This document shows positions 17,920 through 26,293 of a stretch of 64,000 nucleotides of DNA, in pieces; within the stretch, counting starts at the first letter, position 1, and each line of letters begins with the position of its first letter. The stretch spans positions 8,099 to 72,098 of the IMG/VR virus record IMGVR_UViG_3300033463_000093. One strand, given 5' to 3'. This DNA comes from a virus. Lineage: Duplodnaviria > Caudoviricetes. The position numbers were made by a program, and so were the translations under genes. The notes beneath the pieces are model-generated. The model saw only the letters and a program-made list of their open reading frames with translations. It ran no database searches and was not told the DNA's origin.

Positions 17920-18522
17920 CTAAGGCTTCAGATGCGCAAACCAGGGAAGGGCGCCCGACCCCCAGGACATGAAGTCAATCCGGTTGTCTCCTGCGATTTT
18001 CTCACAGTCGAGTTCCGTGTCGATTTTGACGTAGTTCGACAGTTCCTCTTCCGAATACGGGACAAACTTCCGAACTCCGTCCACCTCTTTCCACTCTCCA
18101 CTCAGATTGTCATCGTTTGTGATGTCATCGAAAGCCTTTCCGTTGAAGAGATACATGGCGTTTTCGTCGTCGCAGCTGACAGCGCACAAGCCCACCTTGC
18201 GGGCCTCGTCAAAGCACTCGCGTAGACGCTTGATGACAACCCGTTGCTCAAGGCTGAGCCGGAAGATGGAGTCGAGAACGACCGTTTTCACGAGCGTGTT
18301 CTTCTTCAGTTTCTCTACCTGCTCGTCGGTCAGATTCTTGTAGACGTGACAGAACCTGTGTTCCGGATAGATCTGCGCAATACCATACATTACAAGGTTG
18401 TCTGCGTCAGGACCGAGGATGTGCCCAAGCAGATTATGCTTGTTGTCGTAGCACTCGAACAGCTCGTTGTCGTTGAGCCATTCGTCTAAATCCTTTTGTG
18501 TTCTGAATTGTAATACTTTCAT
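17920..18522 (-). CDS. hypothetical protein
   Basis: start re-called at MKVLQFRTQ, downstream of array leader element. Confidence 0.7.
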   Translation of the reverse strand: MKVLQFRTQKDLDEWLNDNELFECYDNKHNLLGHILGPDADNLVMYGIAQIYPEHRFCHVYKNLTDEQVEKLKKNTLVKTVVLDSIFRLSLEQRVVIKRLRECFDEARKVGLCAVSCDDENAMYLFNGKAFDDITNDDNLSGEWKEVDGVRKFVPYSEEELSNYVKIDTELDCEKIAGDNRIDFMSWGSGALPWFAHLKP

Positions 18523-18578
18523 ACTCTGTAAAATAAATTGGTGAATAATTGTGCCGTGTCCTTTGCACGGCTTTGAGA

Positions 18579-18725
18579 CTAATGTTTTCTGTTTACAAGC
18601 CACGGCCACCTGATATAGGCGAGGTAATACACCGCAGCGAAGACAATGATGACGGGGAGAGTCCACACCCCGCAGAAGACGGAGACGAAGAATACCGCCC
18701 AGAGATTCTTGGACAGCTCACTCAT
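18579..18725 (-). CDS. 48-aa membrane peptide
   Basis: manual translation MSELSKNLWAVFFVSVFCGVWTLPVIIVFAAVYYLAYIRWPWLVNRKH*; ATGA overlap; ends in TAGTCT. Confidence 0.65.
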   Translation of the reverse strand: MSELSKNLWAVFFVSVFCGVWTLPVIIVFAAVYYLAYIRWPWLVNRKH

Positions 18726-19039
18726 GACACGAAACGTTGGAAATTCTCTTTGCGGAAGCTGCGGAACTGCTGCTTCACCGTGTCATAGTAAGTCACCAGC
18801 TCTGGGTTCGGCTCACGATTCGTCGTGTCCTTGATGAGAGGCAGGATAATCTCGTCCTGTAACGTTCCGAAAGCCTGACGAACCGTGCCGTCCTTCTTGA
18901 CGAAGTAGAACTCGACGATGCGGCTCTTCATCTGCTTTACACACTCGGCAATCTGCTGTGCCGTAATCTCGCACTCGGCCATAGGTCGGCCAGTGATCTC
19001 GTTGATGCGCTTGGCATCGCTCATTACTTGTGCTGACAT
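18722..19039 (-). CDS. SH3-fold / WYL-like protein (DUF2693 type)
   Basis: 'VEFYFVKKDGTVRQAFGTL...TYYDTVKQQFRSFR'. Confidence 0.75.
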   Translation of the reverse strand: MSAQVMSDAKRINEITGRPMAECEITAQQIAECVKQMKSRIVEFYFVKKDGTVRQAFGTLQDEIILPLIKDTTNREPNPELVTYYDTVKQQFRSFRKENFQRFVS

Positions 19040-19514
19040 ACGCTTAAAATGTAAACATTTTGTTTTTTATTTTAACTAATACATGATACATGTCTTCGAG
19101 AAGTTCTCCGTCACTTAGTCCGGACTCTTCAGGGCACTCAAAGTCTGTCAACACCCTGCAAATTTCATCATACAATTCTTTATTATCCATATCTTTTTAA
19201 TTTGGTTAGACAATAGAACTCCCATGGCTGGGAGTTAAAGACTACATGACATAATTGGACAGATAACTTTCCTTGAGATTGTACTTTTCGCACAACTCAA
19301 CCAATAGCAGGAACTTTCCTTTTTTGGTCGAGAAGGCCAGAACGTCTTCTGTATTCGGAAATGGCGTTGTCCCTGTTAGTTATCATTTTGTCATACTCGC
19401 GAGAAGATTCGCGATACATTTGATGAATAGAATACTTTGGAATTGAAAACCATGACATACTTTTTCCTTTCTTTTAGGGGTTAATAATTGTGCCCTCACA
19501 TAGAGGGCGGAAGA

Positions 19515-19937
19515 CTAACGGTAGACGATTACCATAGACGGAGCAGGCGCAGCGTTCTTCTGACTACCGAACTTCAGACGTCCACGGACAAAACGGATTT
19601 CAGCCTTGCCGTACACATAGTCATGGAACCATGCCGTGTCTGTCCTTGCAAAAACAAGGGCTACGACGGTGGTATTAGATTTCTGCGATTCCTCATAGCA
19701 TTTCCTTATCCATGCTCCGACCTTGCGACCATAAGGGGGATTGCAGAATACGACATTACCGCTCCAGTCCTGCACGAGTCCGTCATCATCGGGCGTGTAG
19801 AATTTGCTACACTTCGCGTTTGACGGCAAAGCGCAGGGGTCGAGGGTGAAATGAAACTCCTCGTTTAGTTTGTCGTAGAAATCCTGTGGCGTCGACCATA
19901 CCTCGTCTTTTGACGAGAACATCAAATCTGTATTCAT
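19515..19937 (-). CDS. phage DNA N6-adenine methyltransferase
   Basis: 'WSTPQDFY...FTLDPCA', catalytic NPPY, 'ARTDTAWF'; start re-called at MNTDLMF. Confidence 0.9.
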   Translation of the reverse strand: MNTDLMFSSKDEVWSTPQDFYDKLNEEFHFTLDPCALPSNAKCSKFYTPDDDGLVQDWSGNVVFCNPPYGRKVGAWIRKCYEESQKSNTTVVALVFARTDTAWFHDYVYGKAEIRFVRGRLKFGSQKNAAPAPSMVIVYR

Positions 19938-20019
19938 ACTCCTGAAAATTTTGGTTAGACAATAGAAAGGGCGGGCAGTATCGCTCTGCCTCACCCCAAC
20001 CAACTAAAACTACGAAACA

Positions 20020-20562
20020 TCATTTGATAGCACTGACGATGGTTCTGATGTCGTTGAGCATCAGGGACGGGAGCTGCTTCTCGACAGGAATGTCAAGGTA
20101 CTCAATAGCCTCGGGGAACTCCTCCTCAACCTTCTTGACGGTGCGCAGCTGCATGAGGGCGTTGAACACCTTGTCGCGGAAATCATTCCTTTCCTTTATT
20201 AAATTGTTCTGTTCGTTTCTGACACTTTCGACAGACTCGAAATCCTTTGCATCGACCTTGATGTAGTTGCAGGAATAAGGAACGGGAATGCTTGTCGTGG
20301 CGGGAATGTAGCCGTACACATGCTGATGTCCATCGCTGTCAGTGGTAAGTTTCTGCACAACAGCGTTGTTGTTTGAACCGAGATAGTCGCCATACTCTTT
20401 GGCGCACGCAAGGACAGGCGCAGGAACGTACTTGATGACGAGCTTCGTCACTTTGTCGGTCAACTCCTGGTTTTTTCTCTCGATCTTACTTGAAAAAGCC
20501 TTCTCTGCCATAACGTCGGCTGCATCATAAGCCATCGTCTTTGTAATTCTAATACTTGCCAT
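20020..20562 (-). CDS. hypothetical protein, possibly Nmad5-like
   Basis: 'IRITKTMA...TVKKVEEEFPEA' resemblance; next to MTase. Confidence 0.6.
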   Translation of the reverse strand: MASIRITKTMAYDAADVMAEKAFSSKIERKNQELTDKVTKLVIKYVPAPVLACAKEYGDYLGSNNNAVVQKLTTDSDGHQHVYGYIPATTSIPVPYSCNYIKVDAKDFESVESVRNEQNNLIKERNDFRDKVFNALMQLRTVKKVEEEFPEAIEYLDIPVEKQLPSLMLNDIRTIVSAIK

Positions 20563-20619
20563 ATTCTTAAAATTTTTGGGGTTAATAATTGCGGCAGCCG
20601 TGCAAGACTGCCTTAGAGA

Positions 20620-21552
20620 CTAAGCATCAGGATTTTCCTTCTTAAACTTTTTCAGCTCACGGGGAGATGGTTTGAGCGCAATGCATTCGTTTGATTCGTT
20701 ACCGCAGTAGTCGTAGAACGAAATGCCAGTGTCTGTGAGAAGAAGGTCATTGATAGAAGGACAGCTTCCTCCTTGACTTGGACATATATCGTAGCCCATA
20801 TAGGCTACGTCGGCATTGTTCAGGGCGTAGACGTTGCCACCATTAGAACGATCCCATATAAACGAGAGACCAGACTCTTTTGCCTTGTCAAAAGCATTCT
20901 TGAGCGCAAGGAGAAGATAAGACTGCTCTTTCGTAGGTCTGAGACGCAGTTCTGTACCTCGCTCTAAAAGTACCTCTCCGTCCTCGTCGATGACCTCGTA
21001 CTCGTTGTTGTCATACGCAATCTTTCTGCTTGACCAAAACTCGTCGGGAAGGCTGCCTTCGTCAAGGCTCCAGCTGTAGTCTTTGTTTAAGATTGCAACA
21101 ATCTGAAGCGGAATGCTGATGGCTTGGCCGTTCTCGAATATCCAAGCCTCAAGATAGACGTTGGACGTACCCTTTTCTTCGTCGGGATCGCATACGTGAC
21201 AGTTGCATCCACAAAGACGCTTCCTGTCCGCAAGTTTGAGCATATCCAACGTAGAATAATTGTTCTTGTGCATCTGAAGGTTGTTTTCAAAATCAGAGAT
21301 TGTAAGATAAAGATTATAGTCTTCTTGAATGACATAATCCTTTCCATAGGCATCCGTTAGACGCGATACAACACTCTGATCCTTCAAGTTGACTACTACT
21401 CCTTCCACTTTTACGTGAACAAGTTTTCCGTCGGAATGAAGATAACCGCAAGTTTCGCATGTGTAGAACGAATACTTCACATTGGGCACTTTTGCCTCGT
21501 CGGCAGAAACTCTCTTGTAAACACTCTTAATTTTGCTTGATTTTTTTACCAT
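20620..21552 (-). CDS. hypothetical protein
   Basis: 310 aa ORF between two array elements. Confidence 0.75.
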   Translation of the reverse strand: MVKKSSKIKSVYKRVSADEAKVPNVKYSFYTCETCGYLHSDGKLVHVKVEGVVVNLKDQSVVSRLTDAYGKDYVIQEDYNLYLTISDFENNLQMHKNNYSTLDMLKLADRKRLCGCNCHVCDPDEEKGTSNVYLEAWIFENGQAISIPLQIVAILNKDYSWSLDEGSLPDEFWSSRKIAYDNNEYEVIDEDGEVLLERGTELRLRPTKEQSYLLLALKNAFDKAKESGLSFIWDRSNGGNVYALNNADVAYMGYDICPSQGGSCPSINDLLLTDTGISFYDYCGNESNECIALKPSPRELKKFKKENPDA

Positions 21553-21613
21553 AATTCTTTTATTTTAAAGGGTTAAACATAAATCGTGCCGTGTCCTTTG
21601 CACGGCTTTAAGA

Positions 21614-21760
21614 CTACTTGGTGTCGTCAATCCATTCCGGCTTGAGCCAGGCGACGAGCACCCAGAAAACTACGGCTGCTATTGCAGCCCAAATCATAAG
21701 AGGGCCCGCGAAGAGCAGGCAGAGAAGAATGAGCCACGCCCATTTTGCAAGTTCTGTCAT
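21614..21760 (-). CDS. 48-aa membrane peptide
   Basis: manual translation MTELAKWAWLILLCLLFAGPLMIWAAIAAVVFWVLVAWLKPEWIDDTK*; ends in TAGTCT. Confidence 0.65.
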   Translation of the reverse strand: MTELAKWAWLILLCLLFAGPLMIWAAIAAVVFWVLVAWLKPEWIDDTK

Positions 21761-21821
21761 AAATCAAACGTTATTTGGGGGTTTGGTTAGTTGAAGGAAG
21801 GCCACACGAGGTGGCCGTTCC

Positions 21822-23033
21822 CTAAGAGACTTTCTTCAGGGAGACGCTGTCGAAGGACAGGTCTCCGACGGCGGCGTCGTCATCATCGTCGTCGTTGTTG
21901 AGTCCGTTCCAATACGTCTCGTTGTACAGGGCGTCCTTGACCTCATAGTAGATGTCGGAAATCTGGTTCTCACACTCCCTGGCGGAGAAGCAGATGCACG
22001 CCATGAACTCGTCCTTGTAGGACGCCATGATGCGGTCCAAGGACAGCGTGGGGTCGATGCCGAGCAGCGTCTCCATGGTGCAGACGTCCTGGTCGTAGTA
22101 GCCTCCGTCGAAGTAGTAGTCCCAGTCGTCTTCATCCCAGTCCGATTGAGACCCTTGTGCCGTCTGGATATACGATGACTTTTGTCCTGTCTGGACGGAC
22201 GGCTCTTTGTTTTCTCCGGAATACCATTTGGATCCTCCGAACCAGTGATAGCCATAGCGACCGTAGCCGTAGTCCCAGTCGCCATAGCCACCCTCGAAAG
22301 GGTACACGTCAGTGCACGTCTCCACGATGTGCTCCACGAAGTTAAGGCAGTTCTCGAGCTCGGACAAAACCGTGATCTCCTGGTCGCTGTGCGCCTCGTA
22401 GTAGCCGCACGACAGGTTCAGGCACGAGATGCCGACACCACGATCGACGAGCTCGCCGACGTCCGTGACAGTGCCGTGGTCCTTCTTGTAGCCGTAAGCC
22501 TCGTAGCCGATGGCGTTGATGAAGTCCTCGGAGCATACGCTGCCGCAGAACATGGCGGTGATGAGGTCGCTGCTGCCCTTCCTGTCAGGCTGGACGATGA
22601 ACCGGCAGTCCTTGAAGAACTCAAGGTCCACCTCTCCAGAGCCCTTGCAGCCTATCTCCTCGCCTACGAAGAACGCCACTTTCATCACGTCGAACTTCCT
22701 GAGAAGCTCAAGACAGATGAAGATGCCGTTCTTGTCGTCGGCTCCGAGACCCTGCTGCTCGTGCATCTTCGGGGAGTAGCCTATGACGTCTCCGCCAATC
22801 TCCACGACCGTGAAGTCCTTGGAGTGTGCGTCCTGCACCTGGTCCATGTGTGCTGCCAGGCACGGGTACGTCTTCGACTGTCCCTTCGTGATGAGGAGGT
22901 TTCCGTATGCGTCAGTGACGATCTCTTCTGCCCCGCACTCTGCCGCCACCTTGCGCAGGTAGCGACGCATCTTCTTCTCGCTACCGCTCCTTGAATGGAT
23001 GCGGTAGAGCTGGAATAATAATTCTTTGTTCAT
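21822..23033 (-). CDS. M28/M20-family Zn metallopeptidase-like protein with acidic tail
   Basis: 'AAHMDQV', 'GADDKNG', 'VGEEIG', 'QPDR', 'GYYEAHS'. Confidence 0.85.
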   Translation of the reverse strand: MNKELLFQLYRIHSRSGSEKKMRRYLRKVAAECGAEEIVTDAYGNLLITKGQSKTYPCLAAHMDQVQDAHSKDFTVVEIGGDVIGYSPKMHEQQGLGADDKNGIFICLELLRKFDVMKVAFFVGEEIGCKGSGEVDLEFFKDCRFIVQPDRKGSSDLITAMFCGSVCSEDFINAIGYEAYGYKKDHGTVTDVGELVDRGVGISCLNLSCGYYEAHSDQEITVLSELENCLNFVEHIVETCTDVYPFEGGYGDWDYGYGRYGYHWFGGSKWYSGENKEPSVQTGQKSSYIQTAQGSQSDWDEDDWDYYFDGGYYDQDVCTMETLLGIDPTLSLDRIMASYKDEFMACICFSARECENQISDIYYEVKDALYNETYWNGLNNDDDDDDAAVGDLSFDSVSLKKVS

Positions 23034-23095
23034 ATTCGTAAAAATTTAGTTGGTTAGAAAATGTGCGGCACGCCATGCAAGGCATGCCAAAAAGA

Positions 23096-24922
23096 CTAAG
23101 CGGCTTTCGCGATGAACTCCCAGTGTACCGGCTCGCCGTCGTACAGGACCTTGTCAATGACATGAAGCCCGTTGTACTCTGTGGCCATCCTGTACTCGAC
23201 AAGATTGTTGAACGATTCGATAGAGATGGAGGATTTGAGGAACCTCTCGAAATAACGATTCCACTCATAAACGGTGATGACGTCATCGGCGTCCTCGAAC
23301 CACTCTCCGTCATAGGCCGACAATACATGGCCGTTGTCCCGGTGCCACTTTTCTTCGGCCTCGTCGAGGCAGTCCCCGCAGCAGTAGGTCTCTCCTGTAA
23401 GGTCTGAGTAGAATCCCTCTCCGTCGACGAAGAACTCTTCGCAGCGGTCGCAGCAGCAGAGGCCGTTTCCTTCCGGATCTTCCGCATTATATCCAGCGTA
23501 GAAATACTCGCCGTTGACCTCAATGCAGTCTTCCTCGAAACACGTCTCCCAATGGTAGCAGCCTCGTCCGTCATAGACACGGGCGTCCGCAACCTGGTGG
23601 TGGTAGAAATAGTCGTCGCGTGTCTCCACATAGTAGGCGTCATCCTCGTAGATGTATTCTTGGTTGTACTCGGACCAGACGTCGCTGCTGTGGTCGTTGA
23701 AGTTGAGCTCGCTGTCCGTGACGTCAAGGTCGATGTCGCCACATCCATAGTTGTCGGCACGCTGAGCGTCGTAGTCGAAGCTCTTGAACGAGTCCTGATA
23801 GGACAGCGTGTCTCCGTTCTTAAGATGGCAGTCGATCCAGAACATCTTGTCCTCGAGGGAGTTTCCCTCGCAGTCCACGAACATTTTCTTTGCTCCGCAG
23901 CTCGCTCCAACGGCCTTGTGTCCGTCGATGTGCCCGCCCTGTATGAGGGCGGAGACAAGCTGACGCTGCAAGGACGGGTCGCAGGACTTGGAATACTGGC
24001 GCTCTGCCAGCCTCCAGATCCTGTCGCTGCCCACCTCGTGCACCTCGGTAAAGACGATGCAGCGTGCGTAGATCAGGCCGTTCTTGTCAGCCAGGTACGC
24101 AGCCTTCGCCTTCACAGCGTCACGATAGAACGTCCACTGGTCGTCTCCGACCATGCAGGAGCCGAAGCTGCCGGAATCCTCGTCGTAGCCGGCACAGCTG
24201 TGTCGGTCGTAGATGGCCTCGAAGTTGTCGTCGACATGGAGCTCGTATTCCGTGTCTCCGATGCATCTCCTGGCATGGTCTATCCATTCGGCCACGAACT
24301 CCTCGGACATCCACCGGTTTATCTGCTCGGGGAGATTTTCCGTGATGACGTTGCATGACAGGATGTGGTTGAACATCTTGCCCGCCTTCATCTTGAAAAC
24401 ACGACCCTTCTCGATGTTGCGGTAGCGGATGGCGTTGAGCGTGCCGTCCTCGCAGAGACCTTCCATAGAGTCGGTCTCGAAGGAGTTGGAATGGAAGTAA
24501 CGTCCGTTGAGCTTCAGATAATGGATGGAACCGGGAATCCTCAGCTCTTCATCCTCGAGCAGGCTGTAGACGTAAGTCTTCAGCGTCGGCAGCGTCTTGC
24601 ACGTCAGAGGCGAGAATTTTTCTGAGTAACGATAATGATTGTAACTCATCTGCTCGTTGAGTCTGATGAGAATGCGACCCATAAGTCTCTCGCCGGTAAA
24701 ATTACAATTAGTGTTGCATGACTCCCTGCGCCGCCTGTAGTGTCTCTTCATCTCGGCCAATCCCTGAATGAAAATGTACCTGATGTGAGCCTTGAGGAAT
24801 CTCCTGTCCTTGTACAGGGCGAGGAGAATCTTGTTCTTGCGCGACTTGACTCCATTGCCGTGTTCGACAATACCGAATAGTTCCTTGAACTCTTCGTAGT
24901 CCTTAAAACTGTAGTAAAGCAT
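23096..24922 (-). CDS. large phage protein with GSCM and ARCIVF motifs and Cys/Tyr/Asp-rich C-terminus
   Basis: start re-called at MLYYSFKDY; CxxC pairs in C-terminal part. Confidence 0.8.
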   Translation of the reverse strand: MLYYSFKDYEEFKELFGIVEHGNGVKSRKNKILLALYKDRRFLKAHIRYIFIQGLAEMKRHYRRRRESCNTNCNFTGERLMGRILIRLNEQMSYNHYRYSEKFSPLTCKTLPTLKTYVYSLLEDEELRIPGSIHYLKLNGRYFHSNSFETDSMEGLCEDGTLNAIRYRNIEKGRVFKMKAGKMFNHILSCNVITENLPEQINRWMSEEFVAEWIDHARRCIGDTEYELHVDDNFEAIYDRHSCAGYDEDSGSFGSCMVGDDQWTFYRDAVKAKAAYLADKNGLIYARCIVFTEVHEVGSDRIWRLAERQYSKSCDPSLQRQLVSALIQGGHIDGHKAVGASCGAKKMFVDCEGNSLEDKMFWIDCHLKNGDTLSYQDSFKSFDYDAQRADNYGCGDIDLDVTDSELNFNDHSSDVWSEYNQEYIYEDDAYYVETRDDYFYHHQVADARVYDGRGCYHWETCFEEDCIEVNGEYFYAGYNAEDPEGNGLCCCDRCEEFFVDGEGFYSDLTGETYCCGDCLDEAEEKWHRDNGHVLSAYDGEWFEDADDVITVYEWNRYFERFLKSSISIESFNNLVEYRMATEYNGLHVIDKVLYDGEPVHWEFIAKAA

Positions 24923-24984
24923 ATAAATCCTTTCTTTTAGTTGGTGAATAATGTTGTCGTGGCTGCACACGCAGCCGTAGAGAC

Positions 24985-25272
24985 TCATCTGGCGTCCGTC
25001 TGGAGAAGACGGAGATCGTAGAGATCGTAGAGATTGTAGAGATTGTCGTCCTCCGTTACGCTGCACGAGAAATGGTACATACTCTCAGTTATGCGCAGGT
25101 CTTTGAACACCTCCTCGTCAGAGTCGGGATCGTCATCCCTCGCCGTACTGAGCGCAAGCTCGCGCTTCTTCTCATAGAACTTTGCAGCGTCCTCCATGTC
25201 GAGGAAGCTGTCGGAAGTCACATACACATCTCCATGAAACACATGGACATAAACTACATTGTACACTTTCAT
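24985..25272 (-). CDS. hypothetical protein
   Basis: ORF track. Confidence 0.65.
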   Translation of the reverse strand: MKVYNVVYVHVFHGDVYVTSDSFLDMEDAAKFYEKKRELALSTARDDDPDSDEEVFKDLRITESMYHFSCSVTEDDNLYNLYDLYDLRLLQTDAR

Positions 25273-25311
25273 AATTGTAAGAGTTGGTTATTAGCGGAGC
25301 CGTTCGGCTCC

Positions 25312-25449
25312 TCAGAGACTCCTGTACACATTGTACGATACATAAACACATACCGCCGTCACGATCAAGGCAGACACGCATGACGCATAGAGCCATGCAA
25401 ACACAGACATCGCCACCTCTGGCACTGCCGAGAAAATAATCTTCTTCAT
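25312..25449 (-). CDS. 45-aa membrane peptide
   Basis: manual translation MKKIIFSAVPEVAMSVFAWLYASCVSALIVTAVCVYVSYNVYRSL*. Confidence 0.55.
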   Translation of the reverse strand: MKKIIFSAVPEVAMSVFAWLYASCVSALIVTAVCVYVSYNVYRSL

Positions 25450-25522
25450 ATCGTTCAATATTGGTTAAAAAGTCAGCACAGGCAGGTGAACGAACGAAAA
25501 ACCCCACCCATGCCGTAAGAGA

Positions 25523-25708
25523 CTAAGCGAACCTGCTCTCGTAGTTCGACACGTTCAGCTTCATGCGACGTGCGAACGCCTGAGCCCATCCACGATAGAC
25601 ATAGAGATTGGACACTCTGCGCCAGCGGCCGTCCGAATCGGTCAGCCTGGCCACGCACCATCCACCCTTGTCGTGGACAATCTTGTAGATACCTTTTCCG
25701 TAAATCAT
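25523..25708 (-). CDS. small hypothetical protein
   Basis: ORF track; ends in TAGTCT. Confidence 0.65.
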   Translation of the reverse strand: MIYGKGIYKIVHDKGGWCVARLTDSDGRWRRVSNLYVYRGWAQAFARRMKLNVSNYESRFA

Positions 25709-25755
25709 AACAATTCAGGTTGGTTAAACATAGCGGGAGCTTCTGCTCCCTGAGA

Positions 25756-26022
25756 CTAATACTCGATGAGGACGTCTCTCGTCCGCTCGTTGATGAACTT
25801 GCAGTGGGAGATGTCACGGAAGTCGATGCCGATTTCCCGGAAAAACTCCTCGTAGCGGCTTGTCAGCCACGGGCTCTCCTTGAGCATGCGCAGGGCGGTG
25901 AAAAACGTGGTGACTTTCTCGACGGTCATCCTCACAGTCTTGTGAAGGCCGTTCTTCAACGTGACGATACACTTGAAAATTGCGGTCGTCTTCAGTTCCG
26001 GATTGATAATTCTTTTTCTCAT
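25756..26022 (-). CDS. hypothetical protein
   Basis: start re-called at MRKRIINPEL. Confidence 0.65.
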   Translation of the reverse strand: MRKRIINPELKTTAIFKCIVTLKNGLHKTVRMTVEKVTTFFTALRMLKESPWLTSRYEEFFREIGIDFRDISHCKFINERTRDVLIEY

Positions 26023-26077
26023 AATCGTACTTTTTAGTTGGTGAAACAATCGTACTCCCCAGACGGGGAGCTGGAGA

Positions 26078-26293
26078 CTATCCCTCTGCCATCGTACGCT
26101 CGATGCGCTCTATCTCCTCGGTGTAGTCGCGCAGGAACTTCCTGCCTCTGTCGGAATCGTTCAGCCAGATGCCGAGCCATACGAAATACACCATACCAGC
26201 CGTGTTTATCCACAGGCTACCCTCGCTGAAGACGGCCACGACGGGCACCACTGCGAGGAACGCACACAAGTGCAGCAAAATTCTCTTTCTCAT
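26078..26293 (-). CDS. small two-TM membrane protein
   Basis: two hydrophobic stretches; ends in TAGTCT. Confidence 0.65.
   Translation of the reverse strand: MRKRILLHLCAFLAVVPVVAVFSEGSLWINTAGMVYFVWLGIWLNDSDRGRKFLRDYTEEIERIERTMAEG

Larger units (their letters stand above)
15820..26090 (-). repeat. dispersed intergenic element (AGTCTY core + GC hairpin + TAACC/A-rich leader), 16 copies
   Basis: RAGACT on + strand at 15850, 16560, 17022, 17916, 18575, 19238, 19511, 20616, 21610, 21826, 23092, 24980, 25315, 25519, 25752, 26074, each at a gene 3' end. Confidence 0.85.

Noticed and set aside
22981-24358. 325-aa minus alternative-frame and 268-aa plus-strand ORFs
   Set aside because: They overlap the well-supported 23096-24922 gene and have low-complexity, Thr/Ser/Arg- or Val-biased translations typical of off-frame reading.
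16564-26080. TAG stop enrichment suggesting amber recoding (genetic code 15, as in some Prevotella phages)
   Set aside because: The TAGs are part of the repeated TAGTCT boundary element and are followed by hairpins and AT-rich spacers. Long structural genes are intact under code 11, and no suppressor tRNA is seen in the window.
15820-26090. Canonical integron attC array
   Set aside because: GTTRRRY-like boxes occur in some spacers, but in the opposite orientation to the ORFs and without a complementary R''/R' pair enclosing L boxes. The element is reported as non-canonical instead.
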